Assembly (NCBI GenBank): GCA_016782825.1
Contig: JADHXT010000003.1
Location: 1-33,694, forward strand
Direction: 5' to 3'
DNA length: 33,694 nt
DNA from: Candidatus Brocadiia bacterium
GTDB lineage: Bacteria; Planctomycetota; PUPC01; DSUN01
Shown: piece by piece, positions 16,457 through 25,096 of the stretch
Position numbering within the stretch: the stretch's first letter is position 1
How the letters are laid out: every line of letters begins with the position of its first letter
Notes under the pieces: model-generated
Databases searched by the model: none
What the model was told of the DNA's origin: nothing
Seen by the model: only the letters and a program-made list of their open reading frames with translations
Position numbers and translations under genes: made by a program

Positions 16457-18127
16457 ATGTTATTTCTGAAGAAGCATGTCTTCTGGATGCTCATTGTCCT
16501 CGCCCTCCTGGCCGAAGGGGGCCTCACCTACGTTCTCGTGGGCAAACAGACCGACGCGCGCGCCATGCGCAAGGAGTACGAGCAGAAGAAGCAGCAGCTC
16601 GATACCTTCGAGCGCAAGCCCCCCGGCCAGCCCAAAGTGCTCAAGGCCCTCGGCGAACGTAAGGCCGCCGTCCGCGACGAACTCACCGACTGCCTCCTGT
16701 TCCTCTGGCACCGCGGAGAGGCCCTCGAGCAGCTCTTCGACGACGAGCGTCTCGCCGCGGCCAACGTGACGCCGTGGAGCCGCCACGTGGAAATGGGCAT
16801 GGGCCGCTTCAAGCTCCTCTACCAAAACACCTACGACGCCCACGTCGAGAAGCTCGCGCCCAAGATGGAGAAGGTGCTGATCGGCCGCGAGGCGTTGGGC
16901 CTGGCGCCGAGCAACTTCTTCACACTCACCGACATTCGCATCGGCGATATCTTCAGCGCCCAGAAGAAGTTCTGGGTGCTCAAGGAAATCGTCGACATCG
17001 CCGCCGACTCCAACATGGCCAGCCTCGCCAAGGTGCAGGTCACACGCGAAGCCCTTGATGGACCGGCCCGCGGCCGGGCCGCGCCCACCCGCAAGGGCAC
17101 GCTGCAAAGCGCCGTCAGCGTGCAGCTCATCGTGCGGTGCGAGTACCCCAAGCTCAGCAACTTCGTCGAAAGGCTCCATGCCTCGTCCCTCGGCATCCGG
17201 ATCCTCTCCGTTAACAACATCCAGCGCGCGGCGGGCGTCGCGGCGGCCGGGTCAGAGTTCGCGCCCACGATGCGCGCGCCCCGGATGCCCGGCCCCCCCA
17301 TGATGCCGCGCCCGGGAGGCATGAGCGCGGAACGGGGCCTCGAGGGCGGCGTCGCCATCCCGGGCACCCCCCGCCGCCCCATCGCCCCTGGGGCACCGGG
17401 CATCGTCCCCGCGGAAGTGCCTGTGGCCGCGCGCAGCGCCAAGGCAGGCGAAGTGGTGCGGCAGCTCGTCGAGGCCCAGATCCTCTGCGAGGTGCCCGAC
17501 GTCAATCTCGATATCTACCAGGTGGCCTTCAGCAAAGCCGCCTTCCCCAAGAAGTCCGACGTCAAGAAGTGGGCCGAGCAACAGGTGGCGGCCGCGGAGG
17601 CCATCCTGCTGCGAGCCAAGACCACTCGGGCGGCCCGATGGGCCGACGCCGCCATCCAGAAGCTCCCCGCGCCACCGCCCGAGAAGGCCGCCGAGCCAGG
17701 CAAGGCCGCCGCTCCAGCAGCGGCCACCAAGCCTCACACTCTCGTGGCCTACCCGGGCACGCCGTACGAGCGCGAGTATGTCGTGAGCGACCCGGCCCTG
17801 GCCCGCACGTGGCTCGCGAACGTCGCCAGCTACGAAGTGCTCCACGTGCGGGCACTCAAGGCCTTCTGGGAGTACGTGTTGGCCGCGCTCGGCACCGAGC
17901 GCACCAGCACCCGCGACGGCGTGGTCATCACCTTCCGCGACAAGAGCCACTTCGACGCCGACGCAGCCAACATGTATGAGCAGACCCTCACCGTGGCACT
18001 TGTCAAGCCAGGCACGCCCAGGAAGGCGAGCAAGCCGCGGCCCGTAACCGTCAAGTTCGGCCTCGCAGTCTTCACCCCTGACGAAAGCGCCAGAGGCCAG
18101 CAAATCTGGAAGGGGTTCGAGCGCTAG
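16457..18127 (+). CDS. PilO-like membrane-anchored protein with a long C-terminal extension
   Basis: N-terminal TM and coiled coil. VSVQLIVRCEYPKLSNFVERL...IRILSVNNIQR resembles the PilO/GspM ferredoxin-like core. Follows pilM/N. Confidence 0.6.
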   Translation: MLFLKKHVFWMLIVLALLAEGGLTYVLVGKQTDARAMRKEYEQKKQQLDTFERKPPGQPKVLKALGERKAAVRDELTDCLLFLWHRGEALEQLFDDERLAAANVTPWSRHVEMGMGRFKLLYQNTYDAHVEKLAPKMEKVLIGREALGLAPSNFFTLTDIRIGDIFSAQKKFWVLKEIVDIAADSNMASLAKVQVTREALDGPARGRAAPTRKGTLQSAVSVQLIVRCEYPKLSNFVERLHASSLGIRILSVNNIQRAAGVAAAGSEFAPTMRAPRMPGPPMMPRPGGMSAERGLEGGVAIPGTPRRPIAPGAPGIVPAEVPVAARSAKAGEVVRQLVEAQILCEVPDVNLDIYQVAFSKAAFPKKSDVKKWAEQQVAAAEAILLRAKTTRAARWADAAIQKLPAPPPEKAAEPGKAAAPAAATKPHTLVAYPGTPYEREYVVSDPALARTWLANVASYEVLHVRALKAFWEYVLAALGTERTSTRDGVVITFRDKSHFDADAANMYEQTLTVALVKPGTPRKASKPRPVTVKFGLAVFTPDESARGQQIWKGFER

Positions 18128-18180
18128 CCGCCGGCACCGTTGCCGGGCCGCACGTCTCGCACCGTCGAAGGGAATCGTTT

Positions 18181-19890
18181 ATGAGCCTCCAGGGCATCAA
18201 AGATGTGGCCTTCCACCACGGCGAGAAGGTCGTGCTGGGAGCCGTCCTGATCTTCGTCGGGCTCAACGCATACAGCCACTTCACCGGTGGAGAAGAAGGG
18301 GCGGGGGGCGTCGGCCCCATCGATATCCGAGGGGCCGACGGCGTGTCCAGAGCCATCGACCCCGCGTTCGTCCAGGCCGCGCTCCCCTACGTGGAGCCCG
18401 TCGAGATCGCCACCCCACGGCGCACCCCCTTCTGGGCCCCCATGACCGTCTTGCTGCCCCCGATCGCCGATCTCCAAGAAAAAGAGAACACCAAGGCCAC
18501 CCGCAAGTGCGGCTCCACCATCGTAGGCAGCCCGCGGCTCGTGCCGCTCACGCCCGCCGAGCAGAGGGCATACATGCCCCGCGGTGCCACGGGCCAGCCG
18601 TGCGAGGTGAACGTGGGGGTGGACCCGAAAGCCAAGGACACGCTGACGTTCGAGGTCGTCCGCCACGGCCATTGGGTGGCGTACGAAGCGCTGCTGGCCA
18701 ACGAGAACAAGTGCCGCGTCCTGGTCAAGGCGGCCCGCGCCGGCATCGTGTATGGCGACCGCATCGTGATGCCCACCGTCGATGCCGAGCCGTGCAAGGA
18801 AGAGAAGCTTGGCCTGGTGGTCCTGCGCTTCAAGCAGCCACCCAAGCCCGAGACACCCGAGGACGATAACGCCACCACCATCATCCGGTGGCATCTGGCC
18901 ACGGAGTACCGCATCTACCGCCAGAGCGAGTTTGACGAGAAACGCATCCTTCTCGCACGCCTCTCCGCCCAGGGCCGCCGCGGCACCGTCGACCCCGTCG
19001 GCCGCCGCACGCCGCGTGCTCCGGCCGGCTACCCGGGCGGCTACCCCGGCGCCCCGCCAGGAGGCCGGCCCGGCGTCTCCCCCGAAAGGGGAGCCGAGGG
19101 CCTCGTGCCCATCCGGCCCGGCGCGGTGCGGCCGGGCGCCGCGGTGGAAGAGCGCAGGCCCGCCGAAGCCGAGGCTGCGAAGGAAGGCGAGTACATCTAC
19201 TCCGACCGCACGGTCGAATCCGAAATGCTCTACCGCTACTGGATCGAGGCTTTTACCACCATAGCCGTGGGCGACGGCCCGTCCAAGGAGCTCAAGGAAG
19301 AGCTCGAGCCCTTCCGCGTCCGCACCAAGCAGAAGTTCTCTTTCAGATACGTGGGCGGCACCTACGACAAGGCCCACATCGTGGTCTACATCGGCCAGCC
19401 CATCCCCGAGTCCAACTCGAGGACCTTCCAGGTGCCGATCGGCGCCCGGATCGGCGACCTGCCTCTGGCCGAGACGCCGGAGACGCCAGCCGCCACCGAA
19501 CCCCGGCCTGGGGCCGAATCCATCGAGACGGCCAAAGGCGATCCCTTCGAGTTCGTGACGCGCTACGTGCTCGTGGACATCATCCCTGACGCCTATCGCG
19601 TCGTGCCCCACGAGCGAGCCGTCTCGCGTCGCGACGAGGACGGCAAAGTGGTCTTCATCAAGGAAACCGTTCTGCGCGAGGAAGTGGCCCGACAGATCAT
19701 CATCCGCGACCGAAAGAACCGCCTGTTGACCTTGTGGTACGAGCGCCCGATCAGGACGGCGCCGGCCAAGCCCAAGGCCGACCGACGGCCAGGATACCCG
19801 CCGACTCCCCGCCCACGCACCCCGCGGCGACCGGCTCCCGGCCTCAGGCCACGCCCAGACATGCCCGAGCAGCCTAGAGTCATCCGGTAA
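18181..19890 (+). CDS. Hypothetical membrane-anchored beta-rich protein (possible FN3-like domain), at the PilP position
   Basis: HHGEKVVLG followed by a TM helix. EYRIYRQ...YIYSDRTVESEMLYRYWIEA is FN3-like. Pro/Arg-rich segments. Confidence 0.7.
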   Translation: MSLQGIKDVAFHHGEKVVLGAVLIFVGLNAYSHFTGGEEGAGGVGPIDIRGADGVSRAIDPAFVQAALPYVEPVEIATPRRTPFWAPMTVLLPPIADLQEKENTKATRKCGSTIVGSPRLVPLTPAEQRAYMPRGATGQPCEVNVGVDPKAKDTLTFEVVRHGHWVAYEALLANENKCRVLVKAARAGIVYGDRIVMPTVDAEPCKEEKLGLVVLRFKQPPKPETPEDDNATTIIRWHLATEYRIYRQSEFDEKRILLARLSAQGRRGTVDPVGRRTPRAPAGYPGGYPGAPPGGRPGVSPERGAEGLVPIRPGAVRPGAAVEERRPAEAEAAKEGEYIYSDRTVESEMLYRYWIEAFTTIAVGDGPSKELKEELEPFRVRTKQKFSFRYVGGTYDKAHIVVYIGQPIPESNSRTFQVPIGARIGDLPLAETPETPAATEPRPGAESIETAKGDPFEFVTRYVLVDIIPDAYRVVPHERAVSRRDEDGKVVFIKETVLREEVARQIIIRDRKNRLLTLWYERPIRTAPAKPKADRRPGYPPTPRPRTPRRPAPGLRPRPDMPEQPRVIR

Positions 19891-19906
19891 CCGATGGAGA
19901 ATCGGG

Positions 19907-19935
19907 TTGACCCATCCCGTGTATTCCGCTAGAAT
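19907..19935 (+). promoter_or_regulatory. Putative internal sigma70 promoter upstream of the secretin genes
   Basis: TTGACC-17 nt-TAGAAT in the intergenic gap. Confidence 0.6.
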
Positions 19936-20017
19936 AAGCCCTGCTTTTCACCTTGCCAGCCGCACAGGCTCCTCCGATGTCAGGAGGCGTCCCTGCGACC
20001 ATGAAAGGAGGCGTGGT

Positions 20018-22501
20018 GTGCCTGCGCCGAATGCCCACCGATCCCCCGAAGCTGCCCTGAGCTCGCCCATGCGACGCACCGCTGCCCTCGTGCTGGGAGG
20101 GGCGCTGCTCCTGCCGCTGTTGCTTGCGGCCGCGGCGCGAGCAGGCGATGCCGATCGGCTGGCGCAAGTGCGGCAGAAGGCCATGGCCTCCGACCAGGAA
20201 AAGCAGCGCCAGTTCAGCATCCTCCTCGATCAAGGCCGCCATTTCCTCCAGAACAACGACTACGAACAAGCCGGCCGCGTGCTCGCGCAGGCCGCACGCC
20301 TCCGCCCCGACGACGCCACCTGCCGCCGCCTTGTCGCCGAGGCCCGCACGGGCCTCGCCTCCGCCGCCAAGCCCGACGAAATCCTCGACCGCGCGAGAGC
20401 CAAGTGGCAGGGACGCAATGCCACGCTCCGCCGCGAGCTCGACCAGAGCCTCTTCGAGGCCGAGCAAGCCCTCCACAAAGGGCAGGTCGCACGGGCCAAG
20501 CAGCACGCCCGTCTCGCCCTCCACGGCGCTACCTACATCAAGGACGCCGCCGTCGTCAGCGAGTTCCGCTCCCGCGCCGAGCGCATCCTGGCCACCGCCG
20601 ACAGCAAGGCCAGCGGCACCGCAGCCGCCCAGCGGCAGGCCGCACTCGACGCCAAGCGCAAAGCCGCCCGCCACCAGTCCTCCGACGCCCTGCGCAGCGT
20701 GCGCGAGCGCGGCTGGGCCCACCTCGACAAAGGCCAGCACGTCCAAGCCCTTGTGGCCGCCGACGAGATGCTCCGTCTCGCCCCCGGCAACGAGCAGGCC
20801 CTCTTCCTGAAAAACGAGGCCCTCAAGGCCAAAGACAAGGCCGAGGGCGTCGAAGTGGCCCGCAAGGAACGCAAGGAACTCCGCGACGACCTGCTCCTGC
20901 GTCAGCTCGAGCAGGAAACCACCCTGCCGAAGGACATCCTGGAGGAGAAGGTCGTCCTCTCGGACAAGGCCATGCGCCAGAAGCACAGCGTGCACCGCCG
21001 CTCCATGGAGCCCTGGGAGCAGCGCCTGCGGGCCAAGCTGCGCGACCGCATCACCTTCGAGTTCAACGAGAGCTCCGTCACCGAAGCCTGCCGCTACCTG
21101 GCCGAAGTCACCGAGAGCACCATCCTCGTCGACCCCGCCGTCGCCAAGAGCGAGAAGCGTCTCACCCTGCCGAAGCTCAAAGACCTCACCTTCGACCACG
21201 CCCTCAAGTGGGTGTGCCGCTTCTGGGACGCCACCTACGTCGTGCGCGACCACGCCATCCTCGTCACCCGCCGCGGCGGCCAGCTCAACGAACCCATCAT
21301 CCGCGACTACGACGTGGCCGGCCTCCTCATGCCCCTCCGCAGCATCCGCACCACACTCGACAGCAGCACCCAGCTCGACGACACCGGCCCCCTGCACAAG
21401 CTCACCACCAACGGCAAGCTCGATGTCAAAGACGAGCCCATCACCAAGGGCGCCATCGGCGAGGGATGGGCCGACTTCATCCGCGCCTCCGTCGCCCCCA
21501 ACACCTGGGACAGCGGCAGGGCACGCACCCTCCAACAGCAAGTCCCCCGCTACACCATCCAGTACCGCAACGGCCGCATCGTGGTCGTCCACACCCCCGA
21601 AGTCCACGAGCAGATCGCCTCGCTCCTCGAAAACTACCGCCGCGCCCGCAACCTCCAGGTGCACATCCTCGCCCGCATCCTCAACATCGAGATGGACTAC
21701 CTCCAGCAGATCGGCGTGAACTTCCCCGGCAACCTCGGCGACCCCGATGATCCCGCCGACGACACCTTCGGCTATTTCGACCCCCGCGAGGCCCCGCCAA
21801 ACAACCCCAACCGCAACTGGCAGCGCTGGGAGATTGCCGCCAACATCGAGCACTCGCACGGCGTCGGCGAGATCCCCGAGAGCTTCAGCGAGCCCGTGGG
21901 CGGCATCCTCGTCCGATACCACTACCTCAACCACACCGACGTCACCGCCATCCTCAACGCCGTCATCAAGCACCGCAAGGGCACCCTGCTCATCGCGCCC
22001 CGTCTCACCTGCTTCAACACCCAGCGGGCCAACTTCCAGGCCCTCACCAACTACAACTACGTCCGCTCCATCTCGAGCGACGAAGAGCCCGAGATCGGCA
22101 ACGTCCCCGACGGCATCATCTTCGACGTCCAGCCCTTCATCAGCGCCGACCGCCGCAACATCACGCTCGTCCTCCAGCCGCAGCTCCGCGTGCTGCGCGG
22201 CTTCCAGTCCTTCTCCTACATCAACTCGCTCACGGGCACCCGCGACCGCTCCGTCCAGCTCCCCACCACCGAGCTCACCAGCATCGCCACCACCGTCACC
22301 GTCCCCGACGGCGGCTCGCTCATCGTCGGCGGCCTGGGCCGCGTGGTGGAAAACGCGGGCTACGCCTCGCTGCCATTCTTCTATGCCGTGCCCGGCGTTC
22401 GCTATCTTCTCCGCGACCGGCGCGACGCCGAGCGCCGCACGAGCCTCAACGTTCTCGTCACCGCCGAGATCGTCAAGGACATCTTCGAGGATGGCCAATA
22501 G
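20018..22501 (+). CDS. Secretin (GspD/PilQ superfamily) with N-terminal TPR-like repeats, paralogue 1
   Basis: Signal peptide ending AARA, TPR-like helices, N0-like ITFEFNESSVTEA, N3-like IVVVHTPEVHEQIASLL, core APRLTCFNTQRA, TTVTVPDGGSLIVGGL, LPFFYAVPGVRYL. GTG 20018 follows AAGGAGG (alternative ATG 20069). Confidence 0.87.
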   Translation: MPAPNAHRSPEAALSSPMRRTAALVLGGALLLPLLLAAAARAGDADRLAQVRQKAMASDQEKQRQFSILLDQGRHFLQNNDYEQAGRVLAQAARLRPDDATCRRLVAEARTGLASAAKPDEILDRARAKWQGRNATLRRELDQSLFEAEQALHKGQVARAKQHARLALHGATYIKDAAVVSEFRSRAERILATADSKASGTAAAQRQAALDAKRKAARHQSSDALRSVRERGWAHLDKGQHVQALVAADEMLRLAPGNEQALFLKNEALKAKDKAEGVEVARKERKELRDDLLLRQLEQETTLPKDILEEKVVLSDKAMRQKHSVHRRSMEPWEQRLRAKLRDRITFEFNESSVTEACRYLAEVTESTILVDPAVAKSEKRLTLPKLKDLTFDHALKWVCRFWDATYVVRDHAILVTRRGGQLNEPIIRDYDVAGLLMPLRSIRTTLDSSTQLDDTGPLHKLTTNGKLDVKDEPITKGAIGEGWADFIRASVAPNTWDSGRARTLQQQVPRYTIQYRNGRIVVVHTPEVHEQIASLLENYRRARNLQVHILARILNIEMDYLQQIGVNFPGNLGDPDDPADDTFGYFDPREAPPNNPNRNWQRWEIAANIEHSHGVGEIPESFSEPVGGILVRYHYLNHTDVTAILNAVIKHRKGTLLIAPRLTCFNTQRANFQALTNYNYVRSISSDEEPEIGNVPDGIIFDVQPFISADRRNITLVLQPQLRVLRGFQSFSYINSLTGTRDRSVQLPTTELTSIATTVTVPDGGSLIVGGLGRVVENAGYASLPFFYAVPGVRYLLRDRRDAERRTSLNVLVTAEIVKDIFEDGQ

Positions 22502-22573
22502 CCTCTCTGCTGCACGCCGTAGCGGGCCGCCGCACCCCTGCGCGGCAGCCGGCTCACCGAAGGAGACCCACAC

Positions 22574-25069
22574 GTGAGAGCCTGTTCCCCGCATGACCGC
22601 CGGCGCATCGTCGCCACCGCCCGGCTCATCGCGCTCCCTGCCCTCGTCCTGGCCCTGTGGCTGCCGCTGCCAGCCAGGGCGGAAGCCGCACCCGCCCCCC
22701 AAGGCGCCTCGCAGCTCCAGCAGCAGGAAGCCGCGCTGCTCCTCGCGCGCGGGCGCCATCTGCTCGCGCAGGGAGAGATCGGGCAGGCCCTCGCCGCGCT
22801 CCGCAAGGCCGCGCGCCTCGACCCTGAGAATGCCACGTGCCAGCGCCTGGTCGCCCAGGCCGAACGCGCCGCCCGCATGGGCAGCCTGCCTTCCAGCGCC
22901 AAGCCCATCAAGGAACAGTACGCCGCCCGCGCCCGCTCCATCGTTCGCCAGGCGGAGCACTCGCTCTTCGACGCAAAGAAAGCCCTCGACGGCAAGGACT
23001 ACGACCGCGCCGCCCAATACGCCCAGCGCGTGCTCACGGCCATCCGCTACCTCGATGGAGCCGAGCGCGGCGCCAAGCTCCGCGCCAGCGCCGAAAGCAT
23101 CCTCGCCAGCGCTCGCAGCGCGATGGAACGCGACCGCAGCCATCAGCGTCAGCTCGACCTCGAGAAGGCACGAGCCGACGGAGCCGCCGCCCGCCGCGAG
23201 CGCAACAGGGAAGCGCCCGGCGTCACCTCGCTGCGCTCCAAGGCACGCAAGCACCACCTCGACGGCGAGTACAGCCTGGCTGCCGAAGTGGCGCGCGAAG
23301 TGCAGCGCCTCGCCCCGGACGACGAAGAGGCCAAGGCCATCGAGGAACGCGCCCTCGAGGTCGGCAAAGGCCCCAAGAGCCTCGCCGGGCGCTCCAACAC
23401 ACGCGCGCGGCGCGAGGACGACCTGATTGCGTCGCTCGAACGCGAGGCCACCCCGCATCCCGACGGCAAGATCGTCCTCCCCGGCAAGGCCAAGGCCAAG
23501 GCCGTGGCCAGCGCCGGCGTGCGCCGCAAGCCGATGGAAGCGTGGGAACGCGAGCTGCGGGCCAAGCTCGAAGAAGAAGTGAGCATCGACTTCAAGCAGA
23601 CCCCGCTCGAGGACTGCGTGAAGCAGCTCGCGGCCATCGGCAAGGTGAACATCGTGCTCGACCCCGCTGCCGCGCGCGAAACGCCCATCACCATCGAACA
23701 CACCCGCATGCCGCTCGACGCCCTCCTGCGGTGGGTCGCGCGCTTCGCCAGCCTCCGCTACTGCGTGCGAGACGGAGCCGTGCTGCTCACCACCGGCCAC
23801 GGCGCCCTCGACGAGCCCGTCCGCCGGGTCTACAACATCACCTCCCTCGTCATACCAGAAGACGACGCCGTGCCCACGGCCATCATCGACGCCTCCATCG
23901 GCATGGCCGGCCCTGTGGAGCCCATGCCCAAGCGGCGGGTCGAAACGAAGCCCACCGAAGTGAACACCGACGGCCTCGGCGAGGGCTGGGCCAGCTTCGT
24001 GCGCGACACCGTGGCCCCCGGCACCTGGAACGTGGGCTCCCGCACCCTCCAGGAGCAAGGCCCCCGCTACACCATCCAGTACCGCAACGGCCGCATCGTG
24101 GTCGTCCACACCCCCGACGTGCACGAGCAGATCGAAGAGCTCCTCAACAACTTCCGCCGCGCGCGCAACCTCCAGGTGCACATCCTCGGCCGCTTCCTCC
24201 AGGTGGAGCAGACCTTCATCGAGCGGCTTACCCTCGGCAACGCCCAATGGAGCGGCCCCGCGGCCAACGGCCCCGGCCACGACCCCGCTGGCGGCAAGCG
24301 CTATGCCTTCACCCCCATCGAGCTTACCAACGACACCAACGTCGTCCGCGCCATCGCCGACCCCCTCGACCCCACCGCGCCCTCCATCGAAGCCCCGCTG
24401 GCTCGCTTCGCCAGCCTCAACGCCGATGGCGGCCTCGCGCTCAGTTGGGACTATGTGGGCGTGTTCGGCCACAACGCCCAGGCCCTGCTCAACGCCGTGC
24501 TCAAGAAGCAGAAGGGCACGATCCTCTCCGCGCCGCGCCTCACCTGCTTCAACACACAGCGAGCCAACATCCAGGTGCTCGTGAACCGCAACTACGTGCG
24601 GCGCATCAGCTCCGACGAAGAGCCCGAGATCGGCAACGTGCCCGAAGGCATCATCTTCGACGTCCAGCCCTTCGTGAGCGCCGACCGCCGCTACATCACC
24701 GTCGTCCTCCAGCCCCAGCAGCGCGAGCTGATCGCCATGACCAACTACAGCTTCAGCACCGGCCTCGAAGACATAGACGTGGACGCCGGCTTTGGCCTCG
24801 TGGCCCTCACCGGCCGCACCGTCCAAGTGCCCACCACGCGCCTGCGGTCCCTCGGCACCACCGTCACCATCCCCAACGGCGGCACCCTGATCGTCGGCGG
24901 CTTCAGCGAGGTGGAAGAACGCACCGGCGTTGCCAGCCTGCCCTTCATCGAGGCCATCCCTCTCCTCGGAAAGATCATGCGTGGCTTCGACAACGCCGAA
25001 GGCCGCCGCAGCCTCATCTTGCTCATCACAGCGGAAACCGTCCAGGACGTCTTCTCCCCGGAGGAGTAA
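22574..25069 (+). CDS. Secretin (GspD/PilQ superfamily) with N-terminal TPR-like repeats, paralogue 2
   Basis: Signal peptide ending ARA, VSIDFKQTPLED, APRLTCFNTQRA, TTVTIPNGGTLIVGG, LPFIEAIPLLGKIM, LILLITAETV. AAGGAG RBS. Confidence 0.88.
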   Translation: MRACSPHDRRRIVATARLIALPALVLALWLPLPARAEAAPAPQGASQLQQQEAALLLARGRHLLAQGEIGQALAALRKAARLDPENATCQRLVAQAERAARMGSLPSSAKPIKEQYAARARSIVRQAEHSLFDAKKALDGKDYDRAAQYAQRVLTAIRYLDGAERGAKLRASAESILASARSAMERDRSHQRQLDLEKARADGAAARRERNREAPGVTSLRSKARKHHLDGEYSLAAEVAREVQRLAPDDEEAKAIEERALEVGKGPKSLAGRSNTRARREDDLIASLEREATPHPDGKIVLPGKAKAKAVASAGVRRKPMEAWERELRAKLEEEVSIDFKQTPLEDCVKQLAAIGKVNIVLDPAAARETPITIEHTRMPLDALLRWVARFASLRYCVRDGAVLLTTGHGALDEPVRRVYNITSLVIPEDDAVPTAIIDASIGMAGPVEPMPKRRVETKPTEVNTDGLGEGWASFVRDTVAPGTWNVGSRTLQEQGPRYTIQYRNGRIVVVHTPDVHEQIEELLNNFRRARNLQVHILGRFLQVEQTFIERLTLGNAQWSGPAANGPGHDPAGGKRYAFTPIELTNDTNVVRAIADPLDPTAPSIEAPLARFASLNADGGLALSWDYVGVFGHNAQALLNAVLKKQKGTILSAPRLTCFNTQRANIQVLVNRNYVRRISSDEEPEIGNVPEGIIFDVQPFVSADRRYITVVLQPQQRELIAMTNYSFSTGLEDIDVDAGFGLVALTGRTVQVPTTRLRSLGTTVTIPNGGTLIVGGFSEVEERTGVASLPFIEAIPLLGKIMRGFDNAEGRRSLILLITAETVQDVFSPEE

Positions 25070-25096
25070 CGGCGCCAGCCGGCGCCGCACGCAGCG

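Noticed and set aside
14621-25069. Calling the locus a complete type IV pilus or T2SS
   Set aside because: No prepilin with a class III signal, Walker-box ATPase or PilC/GspF is recognisable in the window.
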